Shown: positions 10,365-20,563 of the stretch, one piece after another | How the letters are laid out: each line of letters begins with the position of its first letter | Numbering within the stretch: position 1 is the stretch's first letter | Source: Desulfatiglandales bacterium | GTDB taxonomy: Bacteria > Desulfobacterota > DSM-4660 > Desulfatiglandales > Desulfatiglandaceae | Assembly: GCA_963662465.1 (NCBI GenBank) | Contig: OY759599.1 | Coordinates: 3,360,001 to 3,424,000, forward strand | Direction of reading: 5' to 3' | DNA: 64,000 bases | Notes under the pieces: model-generated | Seen by the model: only the letters and a program-made list of their open reading frames with translations | Database searches by the model: none | What the model was told of the DNA's origin: nothing | Made by a program: the position numbers and the translations under genes

Positions 10365-11048
10365 ATGAAAAAAAATGACTTTTTTGAAAAAACCAACTTC
10401 CAGTCACTTATTGAAGCGGATGGAACCGATCGTATTCAGGACAAACTGAATATTGTCGATGTATTTTTGAACACGGAAGGCCACATTACCCTGGAAGAGA
10501 TGTTGCGTCTTCTTCGGGAAAAAGGCTATGATTTTGAATCGGGTTTTGTCAAACACTGCATGCATCGAATGGTGGAGTTGGGGTTCGCGCAACGTGAACA
10601 GTTTGAGGGACAGCCCATCCGTTATGAGCATCGCCATCTGGGCAGACATCACGATCATATGGTGTGTACCAAGTGCGGAAAAATTGTTGAATTCGCCAAC
10701 GAACAAATCGAGAGACTGCAAATGGAAGTCGCTGCGGGATATGGCTTTCACATGCTTCAGCACCGGATGGAAATATATGGTCTTTGCTCAGACTGTTACT
10801 CAAAACGAACCCCGTTGATGCCGTTGATCCTGGCCAAACCCGGCGAAAGGGTCGTCGTACGAGAAGTGGCCGGATGCAGATACAAGCAAACCAGACTGAC
10901 CTCAATGGGATTGAAACCCGGCGATCATGTTGAAATCATCAATAATACCGGCGGCGGCAGGGTTATTTTAGGGCTTGAAAACACACGCCTGGCCATCGGC
11001 AGGGGGATGGCCAACAAAATCATGGTTTCCCTGTCGGAAGATTCTTGA
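10365..11048 (+). CDS. Fur-family regulator with a C-terminal FeoA domain
   Basis: HHDHMVCTKCG and GLCSDC (Fur), then RLTSMGLKPG...RLAIGRGMANKIMV (FeoA). Confidence 0.88.
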   Translation: MKKNDFFEKTNFQSLIEADGTDRIQDKLNIVDVFLNTEGHITLEEMLRLLREKGYDFESGFVKHCMHRMVELGFAQREQFEGQPIRYEHRHLGRHHDHMVCTKCGKIVEFANEQIERLQMEVAAGYGFHMLQHRMEIYGLCSDCYSKRTPLMPLILAKPGERVVVREVAGCRYKQTRLTSMGLKPGDHVEIINNTGGGRVILGLENTRLAIGRGMANKIMVSLSEDS

Positions 11049-11069
11049 AAATAATTATAATTCGATACG

Positions 11070-11744
11070 TTACACTGCTTTCTGTAATAGTTCCCTGAGC
11101 CTGTCCCGAATGGCCCTGATGCATTTTTCCCCCCCGCTTCGATAGGCATAACGGGCCTTTCTTTCCGCACTCACCCAATCCGGACAATGTCTCAAGGCCA
11201 GTTTCACGATCGCCATCTCATCATCCAGTATAAATCTTCGGAAAATCAGATTGAGAGGCGGGAACCAAAGTTCTTCCCTGGAAATGGCCGCGGCCCAATC
11301 GACGACATAGGGTATCCCGTCAGACCCCAACAGGGTATTGGGGGCCCGTTTCAAGTCGCAGTGGGCGACACCCCGACGGTGAAAGGCATTAACCAGGGTT
11401 TCCATTGCTTCAAAAAATGTATAGGGAAGATGCATCTCTTTTTCCAGATTTTCGAGACTCCTACCTGGGATTTCCTCAACCGCCAGGGCAAGGCCCCCGA
11501 TAACGCCGTAAAACCCGGGCACACCTTTAACGCCGCTGAGCTTTTGATAAGCCCTGGCCTCGCGCCGGATCAGGAAACGACCGACGGTATTCCTAAAAAA
11601 GAATCTGTTGCCGCTAAAATCCTTGACCACGGCTCGGATGCCGTTTTTTTCAACAATCCAGATGGTGGGTCTGGTATTGGAGGCTTTTCTAAGGATACCA
11701 CAATTTGCGGTTGGAAGATCCGATAATTTCAATGTATTAAACAT
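11070..11744 (-). CDS. RIO1/Kdo-WaaP-like kinase-fold protein
   Basis: VVKD, REARAY, HCDLKRAPNTLL, VVDW kinase motifs. Confidence 0.7.
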   Translation of the reverse strand: MFNTLKLSDLPTANCGILRKASNTRPTIWIVEKNGIRAVVKDFSGNRFFFRNTVGRFLIRREARAYQKLSGVKGVPGFYGVIGGLALAVEEIPGRSLENLEKEMHLPYTFFEAMETLVNAFHRRGVAHCDLKRAPNTLLGSDGIPYVVDWAAAISREELWFPPLNLIFRRFILDDEMAIVKLALRHCPDWVSAERKARYAYRSGGEKCIRAIRDRLRELLQKAV

Positions 11745-11759
11745 ACAGTTAAAAAATCC

Positions 11760-11914
11760 GGTTCATTGCGGATTAACGTGAAATCGCGCTTTGGGATTGT
11801 TTCAGTTCGGGCTGTAGGTGCGACTTTAGTCGCACAGGGTAGGCTTAATGTGCGACTAAAGTCGCACCTACAATCGGCTCAGAAGCCAAATCTCACGCAA
11901 ATCCACGATGAGCC
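11760..11914 (+). mobile_element. 155-bp MITE carrying an internal REP doublet, copy 1
   Basis: Imperfect ~25-bp terminal inverted repeats; 8-bp target duplication AAAAATCC; five near-identical copies in the window. Confidence 0.92.
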
Positions 11915-12203
11915 AAAAATCCTTTCTAAAACCTTATATTGAATCAAAGGCTCGCGGTTGTCAACACAAAGAAAAAGAGAAAAAAATGCTGACGATAACG
12001 GATTTGGGGAATGATTGGAAAACCGTAAATGTAAACCGAGAAATAAAGGACGCCCGCAAGGATTCCGGATTGCCGCCATGGAACCAGCAATCACAAAAAC
12101 ATCAATTCTTTTTGCAATCCCGACAAAAATAAAGTAAGAATTAGTCTTGGTTCATGGAAGCAACATCAATGGAATGAATTTTATTAAGGAGGAGGAAAAA
12201 AGC

Positions 12204-13031
12204 ATGAAAAAAGCAGGGATTTTGATCACGTTATTGTTGACGCTGACCCTAATGGCCGGATGCGTACACACAAAAGGAGAAGGAACAACGGCTCAACCGG
12301 TTACCACCCTTGACCGCATTGCCCAAAGCGGACAATTGGTGGTAGGAACCGCCGGCAGTATGCCGCCGCTGAATATGACCACCAAAGCCGGCAAAGTCAT
12401 CGGTCTCGAACCGGATATCGCCAATGAAATGGCCATCGCCATGGGCGTGAAGGCAACATTTAAAACCATGCCCTTTGCCGAGCTTCTGCCCGCCCTCGAA
12501 GCGGGGAAAGTGGACATGGTGCTTTCCAGCATGACCATCACCGGCAAGCGAAACATGAAAGTCGCCTTTGTGGGACCCTATTTTATTTCAGGCAAAACTT
12601 TTTTGACCACGGAAACCTGGGTTGCCTCCGCAAAAAATCCTGAAGAGGTAAACAGCCCCAGCACCAAACTGACGGTGCTGAGAGGCTCCACCAGCCAGGA
12701 ATTTGTGCAGGAAGCCTTTCCAAAAGCCACCCTGCTCCCGGCAAAGGATTACGATGAATCCGTTGCCATGGTGCTTCAAGGCAAGGCGGACGCCATGATC
12801 GCGGATTATCCCATCTGTCTGCTGTCCGTCATCCGCTACCCGGATAATAATCTGATCTCGGTTGTGCCGCCCTATACCTATGAGCCCATCGGCATTGCCA
12901 TTCAAAAGAATGATACCCTGCTGACCAATTGGCTGGAGAATTTCCTGGGCGCCATGGCGGGAAGCGGGGATTTGAAAGAGTTGCAGGAGAAATGGTTTAA
13001 GGGTGGCAGCTGGATTAATGAACTCCCTTAG
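12204..13031 (+). CDS. Polar amino-acid ABC substrate-binding lipoprotein (SBP family 3)
   Basis: Lipobox LMAGC, MPPL, SSMTITGKR, FVGPYF; strong Shine-Dalgarno AAGGAGGAGG. Confidence 0.88.
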   Translation: MKKAGILITLLLTLTLMAGCVHTKGEGTTAQPVTTLDRIAQSGQLVVGTAGSMPPLNMTTKAGKVIGLEPDIANEMAIAMGVKATFKTMPFAELLPALEAGKVDMVLSSMTITGKRNMKVAFVGPYFISGKTFLTTETWVASAKNPEEVNSPSTKLTVLRGSTSQEFVQEAFPKATLLPAKDYDESVAMVLQGKADAMIADYPICLLSVIRYPDNNLISVVPPYTYEPIGIAIQKNDTLLTNWLENFLGAMAGSGDLKELQEKWFKGGSWINELP

Positions 13032-13066
13032 TATCCATCTCTACATTATCCGATGCTGAACTGTTT

Positions 13067-13093
13067 ACGCCCCCGAAAGGGGGCGTTTTTTTT
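13067..13093 (+). terminator. Rho-independent terminator
   Basis: ACGCCCCC-GAAA-GGGGGCGT followed by a T run, between convergent genes. Confidence 0.85.
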
Positions 13094-13096
13094 GAT

Positions 13097-14158
13097 TTAG
13101 GGATAAATGCCGGGATGCAGAAGCCCTTCCGTCTCACCCAGGCCGAACATGATGTTCATATTCTGAACCGCACTGCCCGCCTGACCTTTGACCAGGTTAT
13201 CAATCAAGCTCACTACGATCAGTTTTCCGGTTCGTTCATCAACATTCAGGGAAAGATTGCAGAAGTTGCTGCCGCGAACATGATTGCTGATCTGGACTTT
13301 TTCGGGACCGAAAACCCGAATGAAGGGTTCATCGCGGTAAAAGGATTCATAGGCAGCCTTCACTGTTTCCAGGGTCTGCCCCTCCCCCAGTTGGGCGTAC
13401 AGGGTCGTTAAAATACCCCGGCACAGGGGAACCACATGGGGGGTAAAGGTGATGCGAACGTCCTTTCCGGCCACCAGGCCGATCTCTCGTTCAATTTCAT
13501 AAACATGCTGGTGCCCGGATATTCGGTACGCATTCATGGCATCATAACGCGCCGGATAGTGAAAGGTGGCGTTGGGCGTTTTTCCCGCGCCGGAAACACC
13601 GGTTTTGGCATCGCAGATAATGCTTCCCGGATCGATGAGATTAAATTTCATGGCAGGGGACAGCCCGAGGATACAGCTTACCGCAAAGCAACCGGGATTG
13701 CCCACCAGACTGGATTCTGCAATTTCTTTTCGATGGAGTTCCGCAAGACCGTACACCGTCTGAGCCAGGAGTTCCGGGGATGCGTGCGCCTTGTCCCGCC
13801 CGATCCTCTCGGCATATCCGTGATATACATCAGGATCATTGAAGCGAAAATCTCCGCTATAATCAACGACTTTAATGCCTTTCCGCAACCAGTGGCCGGC
13901 GCCTTGCTGGCCAACGCCGTCCGGCGTGGAAAAGAAAACCACATCGAAATCATCCGGGCAGTTCGAATCGTCCGGATCCATAATCACCGTGTCGCAAAAC
14001 CCGGTGAGATGGGGGTAAAGATCACTCATGGGTTTTCCAATATCCTGTTTGTCGATGAGCGCCCGGATTTCCGCATGGGGATGGGCGCTTAAAAGTTCTA
14101 CAGCGCCGCAGCCGCCGTACCCCCCTGCCCCGATAATGCCTACCTTTATTTTGTCCAT
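13097..14158 (-). CDS. argC: N-acetyl-gamma-glutamyl-phosphate reductase
   Basis: GAGGYGG, DYSGDFR, YGLAE, NPGCF, GVSGAG, DNLVKGQAG. Confidence 0.95.
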   Translation of the reverse strand: MDKIKVGIIGAGGYGGCGAVELLSAHPHAEIRALIDKQDIGKPMSDLYPHLTGFCDTVIMDPDDSNCPDDFDVVFFSTPDGVGQQGAGHWLRKGIKVVDYSGDFRFNDPDVYHGYAERIGRDKAHASPELLAQTVYGLAELHRKEIAESSLVGNPGCFAVSCILGLSPAMKFNLIDPGSIICDAKTGVSGAGKTPNATFHYPARYDAMNAYRISGHQHVYEIEREIGLVAGKDVRITFTPHVVPLCRGILTTLYAQLGEGQTLETVKAAYESFYRDEPFIRVFGPEKVQISNHVRGSNFCNLSLNVDERTGKLIVVSLIDNLVKGQAGSAVQNMNIMFGLGETEGLLHPGIYP

Positions 14159-14167
14159 GAAATACCT

Positions 14168-15211
14168 CTATACATTAAACCGATAGTTAATAATATCGCC
14201 ATCCTTGACCACATACTCTTTTCCTTCCAGCCGCACCAGTCCCGCTTTTTTCGCTGCCTGAAAGGATCCTTCGGCCTTCAAATCATCGAAGGCCACCACC
14301 TCGGCCCGAATGAACCCCTGCCGGATATCGGAATGCACCTCTCCCGCCGCTTCCAGGGCCGGTATGCCGCCTAAAATGGGCCAAGCCTTCACTTCATCGG
14401 CGCCGACCGTAAAAAAAGAGATGCGGTTCAACATCCCATATGAATGCCGGATAACCCTGTCCAAAGCCGATTCTTGAATATGATAGGCTTCCAGAAACTC
14501 TATGGCTTCATCGGCCGGCATGGCCGCAAGATCCATCTCAAGTTTGCCCCTGACAACAACAAACGGAGGCTTTTCCCGTTGAGCGGCCCAGGCGGGTAGA
14601 TCTTCGTCTTCATCCCCATTGTTGATGAGTACCAGCATGGGTTTGGCGGAAAGAAACGTAAATCCTCTGAGAAGGGGATCCGTTGAGATTTCCGGCGCCT
14701 TTCTGAGGGGCTCACCCTTTTCCAGCATTTCCCGGCATGCGGTCAAGAGCGGCATTTCCGCCTCCCCTTCTTTTCGCCCTCTTTTCAGATCCAGCGCTAT
14801 CCGCTCCATGCGCTTTTCCACGACCCCCAAATCGCTCAGCATCATTTCGTCTTCGACCTTTTGAAAATCCGCATCGCTATTTGCCGGGCCGGACCCGGGA
14901 TCCTCAAAATTGCGCACCACGTGTAAGATGCCATCACAGGTGCGAATCTGGTTCCAGAACTCCCCTTCGGATTTTGCGTCGGAAACGCCCGGCATCAGTG
15001 AGGGAAGCAGATATTCTATTTTCGCATAGGCGATTTTTTTGGGTTGGTACATTTCCACCAGAAAATCGATGCGCTCATCTAAAACCGTAATGGTGGCAAT
15101 TCTGGTGTCTTTACGCGAATTCCCTGGGACACTATCCCCCCGTGCGCCGGTTAACGCGGCAAAAATGGTTGATTTTCCAGACTTTGGACGTCCCGCGATT
15201 CCCAGTTTCAT
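14168..15211 (-). CDS. YchF/OLA1-like ATPase paralog (DUF933 C-terminus)
   Basis: GRPKSGKST P-loop, FFTVG.DEVKAW, GFIRAEV, RLEGKEYVVKDGD; lacks the usual DIAG motif. Confidence 0.85.
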   Translation of the reverse strand: MKLGIAGRPKSGKSTIFAALTGARGDSVPGNSRKDTRIATITVLDERIDFLVEMYQPKKIAYAKIEYLLPSLMPGVSDAKSEGEFWNQIRTCDGILHVVRNFEDPGSGPANSDADFQKVEDEMMLSDLGVVEKRMERIALDLKRGRKEGEAEMPLLTACREMLEKGEPLRKAPEISTDPLLRGFTFLSAKPMLVLINNGDEDEDLPAWAAQREKPPFVVVRGKLEMDLAAMPADEAIEFLEAYHIQESALDRVIRHSYGMLNRISFFTVGADEVKAWPILGGIPALEAAGEVHSDIRQGFIRAEVVAFDDLKAEGSFQAAKKAGLVRLEGKEYVVKDGDIINYRFNV

Positions 15212-15216
15212 TGTTT

Positions 15217-15957
15217 TTATAAACCTCCTTTTGAACGTTTCAACAGTACGTAAACAGCGCCGGTGCCGCCATCGTAGGGTTTGGCCGTGGAAAACGCCAG
15301 TATGATTTTCCTGACGGGCCCCCGGCTCAACCATGTGGGGAGCCGATTTTTCAGTACAGGGGTGTGGTTTTCCGAATTCAATCCCTTACCATGAACGATC
15401 AGCACGCACCTGAGTCCACGACCATGACTCTGCATGAGAAAATCCCTGATGCGAGCCTCGGCCGCTTCCTGGGTCAATCTGTGTAAATCCACATAATCCT
15501 GAATGGGAAACAACCCATCCTTCAACTGTTGCATGAGTCTCGGGTCAACCCCCTTCACACAACCTTCCATGTATTCATCGCTGAAGGTAATGTCCATTTC
15601 AGCCGTGCCGCTAATGAGGTCGGAAAGGTGGGCCATGACTTCCAGATCCCCATTCCTCGGTGAATGGGGTGGCTTCAGGGCTTCCTCGTCAGGGGTTTTG
15701 ATGATGATGCGGTTATTTCGGTTTATGGGCTCAACACCGTCCATGGCTTCAATGAACAGCAAATCTTCATCCGTAAAAAGCGCTTTTTCTTTTTTCTTGA
15801 TCTTAAGCGCTGTTCCTTCAAGGGGTTCAGCCCCCTGATGTGCGCCTTTTCTCAAGGGCGCCAACTTCTCAAGGGCAGGGTTGAAAAGCGCTTCTTCGGG
15901 GAAACGTTTTTGCCCTTGCGCAGTGTTCTTTTTGCCTTTTTTTTTCCTGCGAGGCAT
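15217..15957 (-). CDS. Smr/MutS2 C-terminal domain protein
   Basis: VDLH, VLIVHGKGLNS, DGGTGAVYVLL. Confidence 0.88.
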   Translation of the reverse strand: MPRRKKKGKKNTAQGQKRFPEEALFNPALEKLAPLRKGAHQGAEPLEGTALKIKKKEKALFTDEDLLFIEAMDGVEPINRNNRIIIKTPDEEALKPPHSPRNGDLEVMAHLSDLISGTAEMDITFSDEYMEGCVKGVDPRLMQQLKDGLFPIQDYVDLHRLTQEAAEARIRDFLMQSHGRGLRCVLIVHGKGLNSENHTPVLKNRLPTWLSRGPVRKIILAFSTAKPYDGGTGAVYVLLKRSKGGL

Positions 15958-16078
15958 CCTTTTTCACCTTATCTCGTGATCTCCGCACCGGTAACGCGAA
16001 GGATTTGACTTGAAATTCATTGTAATTTTTATTTATAACATAAAATTGACCGATTTGGTCCTATAAAAATATTTTTAC

Positions 16079-16726
16079 GTGGAGATTGGAACAGTGGCCA
16101 AGATTGATGATTATACAGAGGCAGTGGCACTCGGAAAAAAGGGTCTTATGGAAAAAGACCCGAAGCAAATCGCCGATGACAGCGGTGCAATCCATGATGT
16201 GGACGACGATGGGAAAATCATCCTCTCCATTGATTTTTTAAATAGAAATATCATTTTTTCCTGGCCGGAACTGGATTTTCGTTACGGCGCCGATGGCGCG
16301 GAGGTGCCGATTCAACAACAGATTCTACTGCTTCACCACCTGAATCTTGCCAAGAATATCAAAATATCCAGTGAATGGATCGCTTACCAGGAAGTGCCCG
16401 ACGGCAAATTCTACCTGGATGCATTTCTCAGGCGGGCCAAAAACCCCATGGTACAGGGCTTTGGCAACAATCCGGAACTGCTGGTGAAACTTGCGACCGA
16501 AGTATACGGGGCCACATTGCTGGATCAGGGAGATCTGGCTGTAGTGGTCCAAGCCTTGCCCCGGATCCCGGTGGCCTTAATTTTATGGAAAGGGGACGAT
16601 GAATTTTCCCCGGAAGGAACGATCCTTTTTGACCGGTCCGTTTCCCGGATGCTCTCCGCTGAAGACATCGCCTGGCTTGCGGGAATGATTATTTACCCAC
16701 TGCTGGGAATGGCTTCCGGAAAATAA
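16079..16726 (+). CDS. DUF3786-like conserved protein
   Basis: QILLLHHL, WIAYQEVPDGKFY, ALPRIP..LWKGDDEF..ILFD pattern. Confidence 0.75.
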   Translation: MEIGTVAKIDDYTEAVALGKKGLMEKDPKQIADDSGAIHDVDDDGKIILSIDFLNRNIIFSWPELDFRYGADGAEVPIQQQILLLHHLNLAKNIKISSEWIAYQEVPDGKFYLDAFLRRAKNPMVQGFGNNPELLVKLATEVYGATLLDQGDLAVVVQALPRIPVALILWKGDDEFSPEGTILFDRSVSRMLSAEDIAWLAGMIIYPLLGMASGK

Positions 16727-16745
16727 CGCTTTTTTGAGGTGAACC

Positions 16746-17246
16746 ATGAATTCAGATAAGCCTTTAATCGGCGTGATTATGGGAAGCGTTTCCGATGCCG
16801 ATATCATGAAGGGGTGCGTTGATGTACTGAAGGATATGGGTATCCCCCATGAAGTAAAAATCTTGTCCGCCCACAGGACACCCGAACAGACCCGGGAATA
16901 TGCAATAAGTGCCGCCGAACGCGGCATTCAAGTGATTATTGCGGGGGCAGGATGGGCCGCGCACCTGGCCGGCGCCATTGCCGCCCAGACCACCCTTCCC
17001 GTTATCGGCATCCCCATTGACTCGTCCCCTCTGAAAGGCATGGATGCCCTTTTGTCCACGGTCCAGATGCCTTCGGGCATTCCAGTAGCCACGGTAGCGC
17101 TGGGAAAAGGGGGCGCCAAAAACGCAGCCGTCCTCGGGGCGCAGATTCTGGCTTTGAAATACCCATTTGCAGCGGAAGAAGTGGCCCGCTATCGAAAGGC
17201 CTTGACGGACGCGGCATCGGAAAAAATAGACTCTTGGGATATATGA
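16746..17246 (+). CDS. purE: N5-carboxyaminoimidazole ribonucleotide mutase
   Basis: [36 protein letters not shown]. Confidence 0.95.
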   Translation: MNSDKPLIGVIMGSVSDADIMKGCVDVLKDMGIPHEVKILSAHRTPEQTREYAISAAERGIQVIIAGAGWAAHLAGAIAAQTTLPVIGIPIDSSPLKGMDALLSTVQMPSGIPVATVALGKGGAKNAAVLGAQILALKYPFAAEEVARYRKALTDAASEKIDSWDI

Positions 17247-17860
17247 AAAAACAAGTGATTGAAGCGGCCAACATCCTGAAATCAGGGGGGTTGGTAGCCT
17301 ATCCAACGGAATCTTTTTACGGACTTGCCGTGGATGTCGGCAACGAAGATGCCATTTTGAGGCTTTTTCGCGTAAAAAAAAGAGAGGCGCATGAACCCGT
17401 TTTGATTCTGATCCCTTCCGTTGAATCTTTGGAACGCTATGTGCTGCATATTCCCGAAACAGCCAAACGAATGATCGAAACATTCTGGCCCGGGGGGTTG
17501 ACGCTGGTTTTTAAAGCGGGTAAAGGTGTTTCATCACTTCTCACTGCAGGAACGGGAAAAATCGGCGTCAGGCTATCGAGCCATCCCGTTGCCATGGCGC
17601 TGCTCCATTGCATGGAAACGGCGATTACGGGCACCAGCGCCAATATTTCAGGAGAACCTCCCTGCGATACCGCCGATGGGGTTGACCGGATTTTTGGGGA
17701 GAGTGTAGACCGGATACTGGATGGGGGGAAAACGCCGGGGCAAAAACCCTCAACGGTTCTGGATATGACGACCCTGCCCTATCGTATTTTGCGGGAAGGG
17801 ATGATCTCAAGAGAGGCACTGCTGCCTTATTGTGAATCGTTAATTGGAGAGAAAAAGTAA
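17243..17860 (+). CDS. tsaC: L-threonylcarbamoyladenylate synthase (Sua5/YrdC family)
   Basis: YPTESFYGL, KKR, FWPGGLT, GTSANISG, PSTVLD. Confidence 0.9.
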   Translation: MKKQVIEAANILKSGGLVAYPTESFYGLAVDVGNEDAILRLFRVKKREAHEPVLILIPSVESLERYVLHIPETAKRMIETFWPGGLTLVFKAGKGVSSLLTAGTGKIGVRLSSHPVAMALLHCMETAITGTSANISGEPPCDTADGVDRIFGESVDRILDGGKTPGQKPSTVLDMTTLPYRILREGMISREALLPYCESLIGEKK

Positions 17861-17862
17861 TC

Positions 17863-18804
17863 ATGAATCCTGCAATGCCAAAAATTGAAGATCGGGCAAG
17901 AATCAAGGCATCCATTAAAAAGCTGCTCAAAGAAAGAAACGCCATTCTGTTGGCCCATAATTATGAGCCGGCTGAAATACAAGACATTGCAGACCTTTGC
18001 GGTGATTCCCTTGAATTATCCATTAAAGCATCTCAAACCGACGCGGACGTGATTGTTTTTTGCGGGGTTCATTTCATGGCGGAAACTGCCTCAATTCTCT
18101 GCCCTCATAAGACCATTCTGCTCCCTTCAGCCGATGCGGGTTGTCCCATGGCGGACATGATCACGGCGAAGGGGTTGATCGAGAAAAGAAAAGAGATGCC
18201 GGACGCCGTGGTGATCAGCTATGTGAACACCAGCGCGGACGTCAAAGCGGAAAGCGATATGTGCTGTACCTCCGCCAATGTAATTCAGGTTGCCGAGTCC
18301 GTTGCTCCCAACACACCCATTTTAATGACGCCCGACAAAAACCTGGCGCAGTATGCCAAAAGCCGCACAGGGCGGAACATCCATTACTGGCAGGGATATT
18401 GTCCCATCCATAACAACCTGAAGGTAGAACAGGTGATGAAAGTGAAAATGGCCCATCCGGGGGCGCCTTTTCTCGCTCATCCGGAATGTCCGCCGGAAAT
18501 CCTCGATCTTGCCGATGAGATTAAAAGTACATCGGGCATCCTCGCGTATGCGGCCCATTCGAACCAAAAAGAATTTATCATCGGCACTGAAGTGGGAATC
18601 CTGCATCCGCTTAAAAACGCCAACCCGGGAAAAACATTTATTCCAGCCGATCCCGGCATGATTTGCCCTGATATGAAAAAAATCGGTTTAGCCCAAATCC
18701 AACTTTCCCTTGAAACCATGGGTCCGGAAGTGCGGGTTCCCGAAAATATCAGGGTCAGGGCCAAGGCGGCAGTCGAGAGAATGCTGGCGATTCGGGCGAA
18801 ATAA
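17863..18804 (+). CDS. nadA: Quinolinate synthase
   Basis: LAHNY, FCGVHFMAE, AGCPMA, YVNTS, AHPEC, CPDMK. Confidence 0.95.
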   Translation: MNPAMPKIEDRARIKASIKKLLKERNAILLAHNYEPAEIQDIADLCGDSLELSIKASQTDADVIVFCGVHFMAETASILCPHKTILLPSADAGCPMADMITAKGLIEKRKEMPDAVVISYVNTSADVKAESDMCCTSANVIQVAESVAPNTPILMTPDKNLAQYAKSRTGRNIHYWQGYCPIHNNLKVEQVMKVKMAHPGAPFLAHPECPPEILDLADEIKSTSGILAYAAHSNQKEFIIGTEVGILHPLKNANPGKTFIPADPGMICPDMKKIGLAQIQLSLETMGPEVRVPENIRVRAKAAVERMLAIRAK

Positions 18805-18835
18805 CGCTTCATTTCCCATGAGGGAGACACTCCCA

Positions 18836-20563
18836 ATGAATGAACCACCCAAAATAAAGTCCAATCTGGAATACCTTCGAAAACTCTTTATCATGCCCGA
18901 TTCTCCTGATAAATTCATTGAGTTTGGCAATGAACTGCTGGCGATGATTCATGATTTTTTCCAGGAAAAAGGGGGCATTCACAGCAGTATCAGCCTGCCC
19001 GAACTCAGCAGAATTTTCAACCGGAAATCCATACCCGATGAGCCCCATCTCATCAAAGATGTTTTAGCCGAGATTAAACACAAGATTATCGCGCACTCGG
19101 TTAAAGTGGGCAATCCCTATTATATCGGCCACATGATCAGCGCGGTTCCCTATTTCATGATTCTGCTGGAAATGATCATCGCAGCCCTGAACCAGAATCA
19201 GGTCAAGATTGAAACAGCGAAAGCTTCCAGTTTTGTGGAGCGGGAACTGGTGGCCTGGCTTCACCGCCTGGTTTTTAATCGCAACGATCAATTTTATGAA
19301 AAAAATATTCAAAATCACCGGATTGCACTGGGAAATGTCACCTCCGACGGCACCCTGGCAAATGTAACCGCGCTTCTGGTGGCAAGGGAAAAGGCCTTTC
19401 CCCCCGATGGGAATTTTACCGGTTTCCGTATGGCGGGGATGCATCGTGCGCTTCAACATTATGGATATGACAGGGGCGTGGTGATGGTGTCGACACGGGG
19501 GCATTATTCCATCAAAAAGGCGGTGAATCTGCTGGGTTTGGGCGAAGAAAATGTTGTCACCATTCCGGTTGATGAAAAAAACAGGATTCATATCAGCAGC
19601 CTCCGCCGCAAAATCGATTCTTTCAAGGAACCCGGCCGGCAAGACAGGACCAAGATCATCGCCATTGTGGGAATTGCGGGGACCACCGAAACCGGCAATG
19701 TGGATGACCTTTACACGTTGGGAAAAATTGCCCGTGAAACAGGCGCCCATTTTCATGTGGATGCCTGTTGGGGCGGTTCAGCCTTACTGGCCGATGAATA
19801 TCGAGAGCTGTTAAGGGGGATTGAAAAGGCTGACTCGGTATCCATTGATGCGCATAAACTGCTTTATTGTCCCATGACCATGGGCCTCATCCTGTTTCGA
19901 AACGAGAAAGATCTGAATACGATAAGGCATTCATCAAAATATATTATCAGGCGAAATTCCGTGGATATGGGCCGCTTTACGGTGGAAGGCTCCAGGCCTT
20001 TTGCCGCTTTGAAGCCCTGGGCTTCCCTTAAAATTATCGGGCGAGAGGGTTATGGGATTCTCATGAAGCAGGCTCAAAAGGCCACCGAAAATTTACTGAG
20101 TATGATCGTGCATTGTGGAAATTTTGAAGCGTTGAATGATCCGGACCTGTTTATCCTGACCTACCGTTTCCTGCCCGCACCCCTCAAAAGTCATATGGCG
20201 GTTCTAAAAGAAACCGTCAGCAGGACAAGCGGTCAAAAAAGGAGGACCGCCGAACAGAAAATCAAAAAAATCAATTGCCTGGTGAATGGCTTGAATATCA
20301 AGCTTCACAAAGCCCTCAGGCGGGATGACACCTCATTTGTTTCCCGGACCACCCTGGAATCCACTCGCTACAGGCCGCAGGATATTGTGGTGTTGAGGGC
20401 GGTCCTCATGAATCCCCTGATCAACCGGAAGGTGTTGAGGGAGATTGTGGATACACAAAATCGCATCGGGTTAAACATCTGGAAGGAATTTGAACCCGCC
20501 TACCGGAAAATGATCATCTCCCCTTTCCTCGCCGGTAGTCCCGCAACAGGCGAAGCCCCTTGA
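18836..20563 (+). CDS. panP: PLP-dependent group II decarboxylase, PanP-like aspartate 1-decarboxylase
   Basis: YIGHM, NQNQVKIETAK, GIAGTTETG, HVDACWGG, IDAHK, EGSRP, FVSRT. Confidence 0.78.
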   Translation: MNEPPKIKSNLEYLRKLFIMPDSPDKFIEFGNELLAMIHDFFQEKGGIHSSISLPELSRIFNRKSIPDEPHLIKDVLAEIKHKIIAHSVKVGNPYYIGHMISAVPYFMILLEMIIAALNQNQVKIETAKASSFVERELVAWLHRLVFNRNDQFYEKNIQNHRIALGNVTSDGTLANVTALLVAREKAFPPDGNFTGFRMAGMHRALQHYGYDRGVVMVSTRGHYSIKKAVNLLGLGEENVVTIPVDEKNRIHISSLRRKIDSFKEPGRQDRTKIIAIVGIAGTTETGNVDDLYTLGKIARETGAHFHVDACWGGSALLADEYRELLRGIEKADSVSIDAHKLLYCPMTMGLILFRNEKDLNTIRHSSKYIIRRNSVDMGRFTVEGSRPFAALKPWASLKIIGREGYGILMKQAQKATENLLSMIVHCGNFEALNDPDLFILTYRFLPAPLKSHMAVLKETVSRTSGQKRRTAEQKIKKINCLVNGLNIKLHKALRRDDTSFVSRTTLESTRYRPQDIVVLRAVLMNPLINRKVLREIVDTQNRIGLNIWKEFEPAYRKMIISPFLAGSPATGEAP

